The notes beneath the pieces were generated by a model. It made no database searches and was not told the origin of the DNA. It was given only the letters and a program-made list of their open reading frames with translations. Made by a program: the position numbers and the translations under genes. Shown piece by piece: positions 26,382-35,867 of a stretch of DNA of 64,000 nt (positions are counted from its first letter, which is position 1; each line of letters opens with the position of its first letter). Source of the stretch: Clostridia bacterium (GTDB taxonomy: Bacteria; Bacillota; Clostridia; Oscillospirales; CAG-272); contig JAFXHH010000021.1 in the NCBI GenBank assembly GCA_017536475.1, positions 4,431-68,430 of the forward strand. Direction: 5' to 3'.

Positions 26382-27350
26382 TTACTTAACTAAATGATAA
26401 GCAAAGCCGTTGATCTCGTCGGAAAGGTAGATGAATTTCATGTTACCCTTATCGTCGTAGGTGGCGGTACTATAGTCGAACTTAACGCCGCGGCGCTCGA
26501 GGTGATAGACTGCGCGGTCGACGTTGTTGGTCTGGATTGCGATGTGACCGTTCGTGCCGGGGCCCTTTTCGTTCATCATTTCGAACTCGGGGCTTGCGAA
26601 GATCGACTTAGAGCCGACCTTGGGCTCGAAGGAGAAGTAATTTTTGAGGGTTTCGGAAGCATTTGCGGCGGTGTCACCCGAGGGATTGATACCGATATGC
26701 TTGAACTTAAAGCCGAGCATAACGTCTACAGCCTCGCGCACGAGCTTGGTAATACCATCGAAATCTCCTGCGGCGATCATTTCGGGCTTGACCATCCAGG
26801 AGCCGCCACAGCAAGCGATCTTGGAAAAAGCGAGGTAATCGTTCACGTTAGCGGGACCGATACCACCCGTGGGCATAAAGGACACCTTGCCGTAGGGTGC
26901 GGACATAGCCTTGATCATAGCGATACCGCCCGACTGCTCTGCGGGGAAGAACTTGACCGTATCAAGTCCAAGCTCGAGAGCCGCTTCGATACCAGAGGGA
27001 TTGTTGATTCCGGGCACGATGGGGCAGTTCTTTTCCTGACAGTACTTAACGATCTCGGGATTGAAGCCGGGGCTGACGATAAACTTCGCGCCTGCCTCGA
27101 TAGCGTCGTCGACCTGCGCCTTTGTAAGCACGGTACCCGCACCGACGATCATTTCGGGGAACTCCTTGACCATAATCGCGATGGCTTCCTTAGCGCAAGC
27201 AGTTCTGAAGGTGACCTCAGCGCAAGGCAGACCGCCTGCGATGAGCGCTTTTGCAAGAGGAGCCGCATCGGCGGGATCTTCGATCTTGATTACGGGAACG
27301 ATACCGATTTTTGAAAGTTGTTTTACAACGTCGTGCATATTATCCTCCAT
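26382..27350 (-). CDS. eda: KDPG/KHG aldolase fused to a C-terminal VOC (glyoxalase-like) domain
   Basis: Aldolase blocks GAGTVL, FIVSPG, KFFPAE and MPTGGI occupy the first 210 aa or so. The next 110 aa (FKHIGINP...GHIAIQTNNVDRAVYHLERRGVKF) look like a VOC fold. Confidence 0.8.
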   Translation of the reverse strand: MEDNMHDVVKQLSKIGIVPVIKIEDPADAAPLAKALIAGGLPCAEVTFRTACAKEAIAIMVKEFPEMIVGAGTVLTKAQVDDAIEAGAKFIVSPGFNPEIVKYCQEKNCPIVPGINNPSGIEAALELGLDTVKFFPAEQSGGIAMIKAMSAPYGKVSFMPTGGIGPANVNDYLAFSKIACCGGSWMVKPEMIAAGDFDGITKLVREAVDVMLGFKFKHIGINPSGDTAANASETLKNYFSFEPKVGSKSIFASPEFEMMNEKGPGTNGHIAIQTNNVDRAVYHLERRGVKFDYSTATYDDKGNMKFIYLSDEINGFAYHLVK

Positions 27351-27463
27351 ATAATTTTAGTGCATATCTATACATAATAATTATACATTGTTTTTTGAAT
27401 TTGTCAAGGGAGTTTGGTGCTAAATGTTCCGAGATGACAGAAATCTTCCCGTAAATCAGGGAA

Positions 27464-27517
27464 TTAACAAAACTTTAACGTTTCCTAAAAAAGTCGCAAA
27501 CACAGCGGCGGTATAAT
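27464..27517 (+). promoter_or_regulatory. Candidate activator-dependent promoter of the ABC operon
   Basis: TATAAT at 27512-27517 has a poor -35. Direct repeats TTAAC (27464-68) and TTAAC (27475-79), 11 bp apart, lie just upstream, as expected for an OmpR-family box. Confidence 0.35.
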
Positions 27518-27566
27518 GCAGTGAAAAACGTCAATTAATCTTCATAAATAATGTAAGGAGACAAAA

Positions 27567-28469
27567 ATGAACGCAATAGAAATAAGAGATCTGTCCAAAA
27601 GCTTCCGCGGAATGTATGCGGTAGATCACCTCAATATGACGGTTCCCGTCGGCGCGATCTACGGCTTTATCGGTGAGAACGGCTCGGGAAAATCGACGAC
27701 CGAAAAGCTGATCTGCGGTCACCTTGTTGCTGACTCGGGCTCGATCAAGCTCTTTGGCAAGGATTTTACCGACGCGGGTGTCCGCGTGAGAGTCGGCGCA
27801 CTCATTGAAAACGCGGGTTGCTTCCCGAATTCGAGCGTATATCAGAATCTTCGTATGCAGACTATCAATCTCGGACTTGAAAATCCCGACGAGGAGATCA
27901 GACGAGTGCTCGAGATCGTGCGTATGGAGGATAACGCGAACCTCAAATTCAAAAAATGCTCGCTTGGAATGAAGCAGAGGATCGGCATCGCAATGGCGCT
28001 GCTCGGCGATCCCGCGCTTCTCATTCTCGACGAGCCGATCAACGGTCTTGACACCGACGGCATGCGAATTATGAGAGAAATTCTCGTTGATATTACGAAA
28101 AATTACGGTTGCACGGTCCTTATTTCTTCCCACATTCTCGGCGAGCTTGAAAAGATCGCGACCCACTACGGAATCATTCGTCAGGGCAGAATGATTATGG
28201 AGCTTTCGGCAGAGGAGATGGATTCGAGAGCGCAGGTCTTCGTGTCGCTCAAAACAAAGGATATGCAGGGTGCAAAAGAGGTGCTTCGGGCAAAATTTGA
28301 CACCGTCCGCGAGGAAGACGGCTATCTTCGTGTCTACGACGTCGACGATACCGCCGCGATCGTGGATACGCTGATGAAAAACGGCCATATCCCAAGCGAG
28401 ATCAAGAAAAATAAGATCGGACTCGAGGAATATTACGTCGAGCTGATGAGCGAAAAGGAGGATAAGTGA
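27567..28469 (+). CDS. ABC transporter ATP-binding protein (ABC-2 / lantibiotic-protection-like)
   Basis: Walker A GENGSGKST, signature CSLGMKQR and Walker B LLILDEP, plus a C-terminal accessory domain of about 80 aa. Confidence 0.9.
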   Translation: MNAIEIRDLSKSFRGMYAVDHLNMTVPVGAIYGFIGENGSGKSTTEKLICGHLVADSGSIKLFGKDFTDAGVRVRVGALIENAGCFPNSSVYQNLRMQTINLGLENPDEEIRRVLEIVRMEDNANLKFKKCSLGMKQRIGIAMALLGDPALLILDEPINGLDTDGMRIMREILVDITKNYGCTVLISSHILGELEKIATHYGIIRQGRMIMELSAEEMDSRAQVFVSLKTKDMQGAKEVLRAKFDTVREEDGYLRVYDVDDTAAIVDTLMKNGHIPSEIKKNKIGLEEYYVELMSEKEDK

Positions 28470-28470
28470 G

Positions 28471-29307
28471 ATGACACGCGAACTGAAATTTGAATCGCCA
28501 AGCTTTATCAAAAGACTCAAGGGAATGCTCGGTGTAGACTTTTACCGACTTTTCCACACGCCCCTGTTTTACATTTTTCTTGCTATCGCGGCAATAATTC
28601 CCGCGATGGTTTCGGCAATGACGATGATGCCCGACCAGAACGGACAGACGATGGAGCCTCTTTATTCAAACGTCTGGCAGATCATCGCCGCGAGCAAATC
28701 GCTTTACGTCATCGAGGGGATCGCAGACTACGCCAATATGAATATGGTATTTATTTTCGGCGGCATTATGGTCTCGATATTCATAGGACACGATTATAAA
28801 TCGGGTTACGTCAAGCAGCTCTTTACCACCCACGCAAAGAAGCAGGATTATATGATCTCCAAGACTCTCGCCTGCGCTTTCGCAATGGCTTGCATGTGTA
28901 TAACGTATTTTATCGGCGGCACGGTTGCGGGACTGCTCGTTGGCTATGAGACCGACGTTAACGTCGGCTCGCTGATAGTCGCAATTCTCGGTAAGATCAT
29001 AATGTCGCTCGGTTGGGCAAGTCTTTACACCTTCCTCAACGTTATTTTCAGAAAATACTTCGGTGTTTCGATCGCCTCGTCATTTTTCTTCGGTACGGGA
29101 ATTCTGATCATCGGTGTGGCGGCAATAGTTGAGAGTCTGTCGCTCCCGACCTCCTTCTTAAATGTCTTCCTTTACGGTGCTTCGGTCAACGCCAACCTCT
29201 CGAGCAATTTCGGCGCGCTGATCGTTTGCTTGGTCGTTTCGCTTGTTTGGACAGTTATCTATAACCTTGCGGGCACGTTGATACTCTCGAAGTGCGACGT
29301 ATATTAA
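28471..29307 (+). CDS. ABC-2 type permease (6 TM)
   Basis: Hydrophobic 278-aa protein that starts 2 nt after the ATPase stop. Confidence 0.8.
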   Translation: MTRELKFESPSFIKRLKGMLGVDFYRLFHTPLFYIFLAIAAIIPAMVSAMTMMPDQNGQTMEPLYSNVWQIIAASKSLYVIEGIADYANMNMVFIFGGIMVSIFIGHDYKSGYVKQLFTTHAKKQDYMISKTLACAFAMACMCITYFIGGTVAGLLVGYETDVNVGSLIVAILGKIIMSLGWASLYTFLNVIFRKYFGVSIASSFFFGTGILIIGVAAIVESLSLPTSFLNVFLYGASVNANLSSNFGALIVCLVVSLVWTVIYNLAGTLILSKCDVY

Positions 29308-29327
29308 TGAAAGGATCTTCACAGAGC

Positions 29328-30230
29328 ATGAATGCAATAGAAACTAAAAATCTTTCAAAAAATTTCGGTGTAAAGCAAGCCGTTTGCGGTCTTGATATGA
29401 CCGTGCCTATGGGTGCGATCTACGGCTTTATCGGCGAGAACGGCTCGGGTAAATCGACCACCGAGAAGATGATATGCGGACTTATTCCCGTCAGCAGCGG
29501 CTCGATCAAGCTTTACGGCAGAGATCACACCGACGGCGACGTCAGAGCCAAGATCGGAGTACTGATCGAAGCCCCCGGTTGCTTTCCGGGACTCACCGTT
29601 TGGGATAATATGATGCTCCAGGCGGCAAATCTGGGCATTGAAAACCCCGAAAAAGAGGTTATAAAGGTGCTTAAGACCGTGAGAATGGAGGGCGCGGCGT
29701 CTAACAAATTCAAAAACTGCTCGCTCGGTATGAAGCAGAGAGTAGGAATCGCGATGGCGCTCCTTGGAGATCCAACTCTGCTCGTGCTCGACGAGCCCCT
29801 TAACGGACTTGATGCCGACGGTATGAGAATTATGCGAGAGGTCTTTCTCGATATAATCAAGGACGGCAAGCGCTCGATCGTCGTGTCCTCGCATCTGCTC
29901 GGCGAGCTGCAAAAGGTTGCAACTCACTACGGCATCATTCGACATGGAAAAATGATCGTCGAGATGACCGCAGAGGAGCTTGACGCGAGCTGCCGCACCT
30001 ACGTTGCGCTTCAAAGCGCCGACGTAAGCAGAACGAAAATGCTCCTCGGCTGTAAGTATTCGAGAGTTGAGGAGGACGAGGCGGGATGTCTGCGCGTTTA
30101 CGATGCTGTGACTCCCGAGGAGATCGTGTCCTATCTTTACGAAAACAATATCACGCTCACCGAGCTTAAGACCGACAAGATCGGACTTGAGGAATACTAT
30201 ATAGATTTGATGAATGGAGGCAAGAAATGA
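29328..30230 (+). CDS. Second ABC transporter ATP-binding protein, paralogue of 27567-28469
   Basis: MNAIETKNLSKNFG aligns with MNAIEIRDLSKSFR, and the same Walker and signature motifs are present. Confidence 0.9.
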   Translation: MNAIETKNLSKNFGVKQAVCGLDMTVPMGAIYGFIGENGSGKSTTEKMICGLIPVSSGSIKLYGRDHTDGDVRAKIGVLIEAPGCFPGLTVWDNMMLQAANLGIENPEKEVIKVLKTVRMEGAASNKFKNCSLGMKQRVGIAMALLGDPTLLVLDEPLNGLDADGMRIMREVFLDIIKDGKRSIVVSSHLLGELQKVATHYGIIRHGKMIVEMTAEELDASCRTYVALQSADVSRTKMLLGCKYSRVEEDEAGCLRVYDAVTPEEIVSYLYENNITLTELKTDKIGLEEYYIDLMNGGKK

Positions 30231-31048
30231 TGGAAAACGGCGTAAAATTCGAGTCGGTCGGCTTTGGCAAACGACTTCTCAGTATGCTTAGGGTCGATTT
30301 TCGCAGAATGTGGAGATCGAGATACTTCTATATTCTGATCGCTTGCGCGCTCCTTATTCCGATCGTTATGACGGTTATGATGAACATGATGGACGGTACT
30401 GAGAGTATCAATCAGCAGACGGGAGAAACAGTGATAATGGAGGGCCCCGAGAGTGCCTGGCAGAACCTCGGCACGCTTCCGAGCGATGAGAAGGTCAAGG
30501 GTGCTGAAATATTCGCGATGTGCAATATAAATATGGCATTTATGGGAGTTTCGGTGTTCGTCTGTCTCTTTATTTCAGAGGATTTTCGTAGCGGATATTC
30601 AAAAAATCTATTTACAGTCCGCGCAAAAAAGGGTGATTACGTAACCTCAAAAACGCTCGCGGGATTTGTTTGCGGAGCGCTTATGCTGATAGCTTATTTT
30701 ATCGGCACGATCCTCGGCGGAGCGATCGCAAATCTGTCCTTTGATCTGTCGGCGTACAATCTGACCGCGATGAACATCGTGATGAGCATGATAGCAAAGA
30801 TCCTTCTGATGCTCGTGTTCGTTTCTATCTTCACACTTATCAGCGTGGCGGCAAAGCAGAGGACATGGCTTTCGATCTGCGGAAGCCTTGGCGGCGGTAT
30901 GCTGCTCTTTATGATGATCGATCTGGTCGCCGCACCCGTCGGTTCGACCGCGATAAACGTCGCACTCTGCCTCTTTGGAGGAGCATTGTTCGCGCTCGGA
31001 CTCGGCGCATTTAGTAATTTGGTGCTTAAAAAGACGAGTTTAGTGTAA
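30227..31048 (+). CDS. Second ABC-2 type permease
   Basis: ATGA overlap with the ATPase. The architecture matches 28471-29307. Confidence 0.8.
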   Translation: MMENGVKFESVGFGKRLLSMLRVDFRRMWRSRYFYILIACALLIPIVMTVMMNMMDGTESINQQTGETVIMEGPESAWQNLGTLPSDEKVKGAEIFAMCNINMAFMGVSVFVCLFISEDFRSGYSKNLFTVRAKKGDYVTSKTLAGFVCGALMLIAYFIGTILGGAIANLSFDLSAYNLTAMNIVMSMIAKILLMLVFVSIFTLISVAAKQRTWLSICGSLGGGMLLFMMIDLVAAPVGSTAINVALCLFGGALFALGLGAFSNLVLKKTSLV

Positions 31049-31125
31049 AAAAAGCGAAAATGCAAACAAAATCTTAACATTTAGGTGTTATAATACAGTT
31101 AAAGCTGACAGTCGGAGGAAAAATT

Positions 31126-31797
31126 ATGTTTAAGATACTTGTAGTTGAGGATGACAGAGACCTCAATCGCTCGGTCTGTTCATTTTTGAATAACAACGGC
31201 TACGAGGCGGTCGGCAGCTTGTGCGCCGAGGACGCATACGACGAGATGTACAAGACCACCTTTGACCTCATCATTTCAGATATTATGATGCCGAATATAG
31301 ACGGATTTGAGTTTGCGAAAACGGTTCGTTCGCTCAACAACGATATCCCGATACTTTTCGTCACGGCGCGCGATGACTTCGCTTCCAAGCAAAGAGGCTT
31401 CAGAGTCGGTGCGGACGACTATATGGTCAAGCCGATCGACCTTGATGAGATGTTCTTGCGAATTGGCGCGCTTCTGCGCCGCGCGAAGATCGCGTCGAGC
31501 CGCCGTCTTGAGATCGGCAGCTTCGTAATGGACGCCGACGAAAGAACGGCAAGCCTTGGAGACGAGGAGATCGCGCTGACCACAAGAGAATTTGACATTC
31601 TCTATAAGCTTTTGTCCTACCCGAAAAAGACCTTTACCCGTACACAGCTTATGGACGAATTCTGGGACGTGGACACTCAGTCGGGCACGCGCACGGTCGA
31701 CGTTTATATGACCAAGCTCCGCGCAAAGCTCGCCGATTGTGAGTCCTTTGAGATCGTAACGGTGCATGGACTCGGATATAAGGCGGTGCTCAAATGA
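31126..31797 (+). CDS. OmpR-family response regulator
   Basis: Receiver domain (ILVVEDD, LIISDIMMPNIDGFE) plus a winged-helix output (LTTREFDILYKLL, VDVYMTKLRAKL). Confidence 0.92.
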   Translation: MFKILVVEDDRDLNRSVCSFLNNNGYEAVGSLCAEDAYDEMYKTTFDLIISDIMMPNIDGFEFAKTVRSLNNDIPILFVTARDDFASKQRGFRVGADDYMVKPIDLDEMFLRIGALLRRAKIASSRRLEIGSFVMDADERTASLGDEEIALTTREFDILYKLLSYPKKTFTRTQLMDEFWDVDTQSGTRTVDVYMTKLRAKLADCESFEIVTVHGLGYKAVLK

Positions 31798-32906
31798 CCA
31801 AGAATGAAAAGGCGAAAAAGATCTTCGCAAAGATACTGCGCGTCCTGTACCGCTATTTCACGTACTTTTTGTTCGTTGCTTTCGTTATAACCTGTTGCGT
31901 TATGCTTTTCGTTACTCTGCTTGAAAAGGAGCTTGGCATAGAGCTGACGGGCGAGAATATTTCGTTTGCGGCGAAGGTCACGTTCTGGAACGTCGTGTTT
32001 ATCAGTCTGATAATTATGATCGTTGAGACCGTGCGGAGAAAGTTGATGTTCGAGCGACCGCTGAAGCAGATCGCAAAGGCGGCAGAGCAGATGATGCTCG
32101 GAGATTTCAGCGTACGGATACCGAGAGTCTCGGGAATCACGACCGACGAGCGCTTCAACGAAATGATAGCGAGCATAAACAAAATGGCAGAGGAGCTTGA
32201 GGGAGTTGAGACCTTGCGCTCGGATTTCATCGCAAACGTATCTCACGAGATGAAAACTCCGCTTGCGGTGATGCAGAATTACGGCAGATTGCTCGCTTCT
32301 CCCGATCTGACCGACGAAAAAAGGCTTAAGTACGCCGCGGCTGTGAGTGAGTCCTGCCGCCGTCTGTCCGATATGATGACTAATATTCTCAAGCTCAATC
32401 GGCTTGAAAATCAGCAGATATATCCTAAAAATGAGAGCTTTGACCTCTCCGAGCAGCTCTGCGAGAGCCTTTTGCAGTACGAGAACGTCTGGGAGAGCCG
32501 AAACATCGACGTTGAGACCGATATTGAGGACGGAGTGACCGTCTCGGGCGACTCCGAGCTTTTGATGCTTGTTTGGAACAATCTTTTTTCCAATGCCTTC
32601 AAATTTACCGATGACGAAGGCAAGGTCTCGGTCACTCTCCGCGCCGACGAGAAATACGCGACGGTATCGGTTCGCGATACGGGCTGCGGAATGAGCGCGG
32701 AGGTCGGAGCGCACGTCTTTGAAAAGTTCTATCAGGGAGATAGCTCGCACGCGACTCAGGGTAACGGGCTCGGACTCGCACTTGTCAAGCGCGTAGTCGA
32801 TATAGTTGGCGGAGAGATAAGAGTTGAGAGCGCGGTCGGCGATGGAAGTACGTTTATCGTCAAAATAAGGAGATTTGCAAATGGAATTCTGGAAAAAGCT
32901 CGGTAA
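31794..32906 (+). CDS. Sensor histidine kinase, intramembrane-sensing type (two TM helices with a loop of about 15-20 aa)
   Basis: HAMP region, H-box FIANVSHEMKTPLA, N-box WNNLFSNAFKF, and G-boxes DTGCGM and GNGLGLALVK. ATGA overlap with the regulator. Confidence 0.9.
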   Translation: MTKNEKAKKIFAKILRVLYRYFTYFLFVAFVITCCVMLFVTLLEKELGIELTGENISFAAKVTFWNVVFISLIIMIVETVRRKLMFERPLKQIAKAAEQMMLGDFSVRIPRVSGITTDERFNEMIASINKMAEELEGVETLRSDFIANVSHEMKTPLAVMQNYGRLLASPDLTDEKRLKYAAAVSESCRRLSDMMTNILKLNRLENQQIYPKNESFDLSEQLCESLLQYENVWESRNIDVETDIEDGVTVSGDSELLMLVWNNLFSNAFKFTDDEGKVSVTLRADEKYATVSVRDTGCGMSAEVGAHVFEKFYQGDSSHATQGNGLGLALVKRVVDIVGGEIRVESAVGDGSTFIVKIRRFANGILEKAR

Positions 32907-33771
32907 GAGCTTGCTCTTTCCCCATATCGCGATAATGATAATTCTCGTTCCCATAGCAACAGTTTTTCTCGTTTATTCGATGGTGTTTTTGGAAACCGAA
33001 TCGCCGCTTGCGATAGTATCTTACGTATTGGCGGCGTATACCTTGACAGTATGGTGCTTCAAAATACCGTATCTTATCAGATTTTTCAGAAATTTTAAAA
33101 ACGAGAATAAATACGCTCGGCGCTGGCTTGAGGACGACCGACTCCGTGTGAACGTGTCGCTTTTCGGCTCGCTTATATGGAACGTTGCGTACGCGGCGCT
33201 TCAGCTTTGGCTTGGATTTTTGCATAAGACCTTTTGGTTCTATTCCTTTGCGGTCTACTATATTTTCCTTGCCGTTATGCGATTTTTTTTGGTGCGGCAT
33301 ACTGCGATCCATAAGCCCGGCGAGAGGATGCGCGAGGAGCTGATAAAATACCGCGCGTGCGGTTGGATCTTCCTCGTGATGAACCTTGCGCTCTCGCTGA
33401 TCGTGTTCTTTATGGTTTATTGGAACAGAACGTTCGAGCACGGAATGATCACGGCGATCGCCATGGCGGCATACACATTTACGGCATTTGCGGTCGCGAT
33501 CGTCAACATAGTGAAATACCGCAAATATAACAGCCCGATATATTCTGCGTCCAAGGCGATCAGTCTTGCGGCGGCTTGTGTATCTATGCTAACGTTGACG
33601 TCGACGATGCTGACGACCTTCAGCGACGGCACGATGGATGTCCTCTCCGAAAAGCTTATGCTTGGTGGGGTCGGTGCCGCGGTCTCGGTCGTGATCGTGG
33701 TAATGGCAATAAATATGATCGTGCAGAGCACGAAGAAAATAAAGCTTTTGAATGAGGATAAAAATGGATAA
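32881..33771 (+). CDS. Polytopic membrane protein of unknown function
   Basis: The ATG is 8 nt after AAGGAG and overlaps the kinase 3' end by 26 nt. About 7 TM helices. Confidence 0.6.
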   Translation: MEFWKKLGKSLLFPHIAIMIILVPIATVFLVYSMVFLETESPLAIVSYVLAAYTLTVWCFKIPYLIRFFRNFKNENKYARRWLEDDRLRVNVSLFGSLIWNVAYAALQLWLGFLHKTFWFYSFAVYYIFLAVMRFFLVRHTAIHKPGERMREELIKYRACGWIFLVMNLALSLIVFFMVYWNRTFEHGMITAIAMAAYTFTAFAVAIVNIVKYRKYNSPIYSASKAISLAAACVSMLTLTSTMLTTFSDGTMDVLSEKLMLGGVGAAVSVVIVVMAINMIVQSTKKIKLLNEDKNG

Positions 33772-34162
33772 CAACGAAAATAAATTTCAGTACACCTACT
33801 CGGTCAAGGAGCAGGAGGAGCTGAAAAAAATCAGAGAAAAATATACGTCTAAGGAAGAGACCAAGCTCGACCGACTCCGCCGACTTGACAAAAGCGCCTC
33901 GAGTAAGGCGCAGGTGGTCGCTATAACGATCGGTGTGATCGGCGCGCTCATTCTCGGATTCGGTATGAGCCTTGCTATGACGAATATCGGCGCGGCAATT
34001 GGACTTGCAGAGAATATTGCGATGATAGTCGGTATTGCGGTCGGATTTGTAGGCGGTGCGCTGGTCGCACTCGCACACCCGATCTACAGGGGTGTTCTCA
34101 AGAGCGAAAGACAGAAGATCGCGCCTGAGATCCTGCGCCTGACCGATGAATTGATGAAATAA
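33764..34162 (+). CDS. Small membrane protein of unknown function (charged N-terminus, 2 TM helices)
   Basis: 8-nt overlap with the preceding gene. The sequence reads YSVKEQEELKKIREKY...LRRLDKSASSKAQ followed by Gly-rich TM helices. Confidence 0.55.
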   Translation: MDNNENKFQYTYSVKEQEELKKIREKYTSKEETKLDRLRRLDKSASSKAQVVAITIGVIGALILGFGMSLAMTNIGAAIGLAENIAMIVGIAVGFVGGALVALAHPIYRGVLKSERQKIAPEILRLTDELMK

Positions 34163-34164
34163 TC

Positions 34165-34200
34165 AAAAAAGGGCTGTCCATTGAAGGACAGCCCTGATTT
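34165..34200. terminator. Bidirectional terminator between convergent genes
   Basis: Hairpin gggctgtcc/ggacagccc flanked by an A-run and T-rich sequence. Confidence 0.8.
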
Positions 34201-34202
34201 AT

Positions 34203-35009
34203 TTATAAAACCTTTTCAAAATTGACTCCGTACCAGATCGGCTTTTCGTCGTTGATCGTCGCGTCGATGCTGTCGCAAACGAAGTCCGCGGCAAGAGCGC
34301 TCGCCTCGCAAAGAGACCTGCCGTTCGTCAGATGCGAGAAGCAGACCGAAGCGAAAACGTCGCCCGTGCCGTGAAAGCTTTGCGGCTTCTTTTCGTTGTA
34401 GTCGAAGAAAAACTCGCCACTCTCTGCGTCATACCCGTAGCAGCCGAGCTGATCGGGCGTAAAGCCGATACCCGTCAGCACCGCCTTTTTGCAGCCGAGT
34501 TTTGTCAGAGAAACGAGAATATTCTTTACGTAATCCTCGTCGTAGCCGCTTGCCACGTAAGGAACGCCGAGCATATAGCAAGCCTCGGTGAGATTGGGGA
34601 CGATGATGTCCGCCGCCGCGCAAAGTCGCGCCATCTCCTTGGCAAACTCCTCGTCAAAGCCCTTGTAGAGCACACCGTTGTCGCCCATCGCGGGATCGAC
34701 GAACTTCAATTTACCCTCTCCGAAGTCACGGAAGATATCAAGCACGAGATCGATCTGCTGCTTTGAGCCGAGATAGCCCGTGTAAATGCCGTCAAACTCG
34801 ATTCCTTCGTCGTGCCATACCTTGCAGATAGGCGCGATGTCCTCGGTCAGATCGCGGAAGGTGAATTTGTTGAACGCGGTATGCGTTGAGAGAACTGCTG
34901 TGGGCAGGATCGCCGCCTCGATGCCGTGAGCCGAAATGATCGGAAGAGCAACGGTCAGCGAGCACTTGCCGACGCAGGATATATCTTGCACAGTTAAAAT
35001 TCTTTTCAT
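34203..35009 (-). CDS. pdxK: Pyridoxal/pyridoxamine kinase (ribokinase superfamily)
   Basis: Starts MKRILTVQDISCVGKCSLTVALPIISAHGIE and carries the GTGDVFAS anion-hole motif. Confidence 0.75.
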   Translation of the reverse strand: MKRILTVQDISCVGKCSLTVALPIISAHGIEAAILPTAVLSTHTAFNKFTFRDLTEDIAPICKVWHDEGIEFDGIYTGYLGSKQQIDLVLDIFRDFGEGKLKFVDPAMGDNGVLYKGFDEEFAKEMARLCAAADIIVPNLTEACYMLGVPYVASGYDEDYVKNILVSLTKLGCKKAVLTGIGFTPDQLGCYGYDAESGEFFFDYNEKKPQSFHGTGDVFASVCFSHLTNGRSLCEASALAADFVCDSIDATINDEKPIWYGVNFEKVL

Positions 35010-35178
35010 TAATGATACCTCGCAAATGAATATAAGACGATTATACTATCGCGGCGGTGAAAAGTCAATAACTAAAACGAAATTTTGTATATTTTGTCTA
35101 TTGCGACAAAAAACTATTTACAAACGCGGCAAAATGTGGTACAATAAATATAATAGAAATTTGCACGGAGGACTCCCA

Positions 35179-35646
35179 ATGAGATGCCCATATTGTAACT
35201 GCGCCGAAAGCAAGGTGCTCGACTCCAGACCCGTGTCGGAGGGAAACAGTATAAGAAGAAGACGCGAATGTCTCGAATGTCAGAAGCGATTTACCACCTT
35301 TGAGGTGCTTGAGTCGGTGCAGATATTCGTCACCAAGAAAAACGGCGAGACCGAGCTTTTCGACCGCACCAAGCTGCTTGCGGGCATACTTAAAGCAACG
35401 CAGAAGCGCCCCGTTGATGCTGACGAGATAGTCACCGAGATAGAGAATGAATTGCACAATTCTCTGACCAAGGAGGTCACGACCGCCGAGATCGGCGAGA
35501 TGGTAATGGAGAAGCTCAAAAAGAGAGATCAGGTAGCGTACGTGCGTTTTGCCTCGGTTTATCGCGAATTTAACGACGCGGAGCATTTCTTGCATGAGCT
35601 CATGGACCTTATAAACGGCAAGAAAGGCGACAAAAAAGGCGAATAA
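35179..35646 (+). CDS. nrdR: Transcriptional repressor NrdR
   Basis: Zinc ribbon MRCPYCNCAESKVLDSRP...RRRRECLECQKRFTTFE followed by an ATP-cone domain. Confidence 0.95.
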   Translation: MRCPYCNCAESKVLDSRPVSEGNSIRRRRECLECQKRFTTFEVLESVQIFVTKKNGETELFDRTKLLAGILKATQKRPVDADEIVTEIENELHNSLTKEVTTAEIGEMVMEKLKKRDQVAYVRFASVYREFNDAEHFLHELMDLINGKKGDKKGE

Positions 35647-35867
35647 CAAAACAAATTGTCGAAAAATAAACAATTTGTTGAATTATTGGCAAAATTCCAT
35701 ATATAGAAAAAATTACGGCTTGAGATATCACTCTCAAAGCCGTATTTTTCTTTTTTGGGTGCAAATACTAATTTCAAAATGTCGGTGCTCAACAAATACC
35801 TTGCGCCGTACAAAAATCGCTTTGCGTTTTAGTGGCTCGAAGCGACTTGAAAAGGTGGTTATATATT

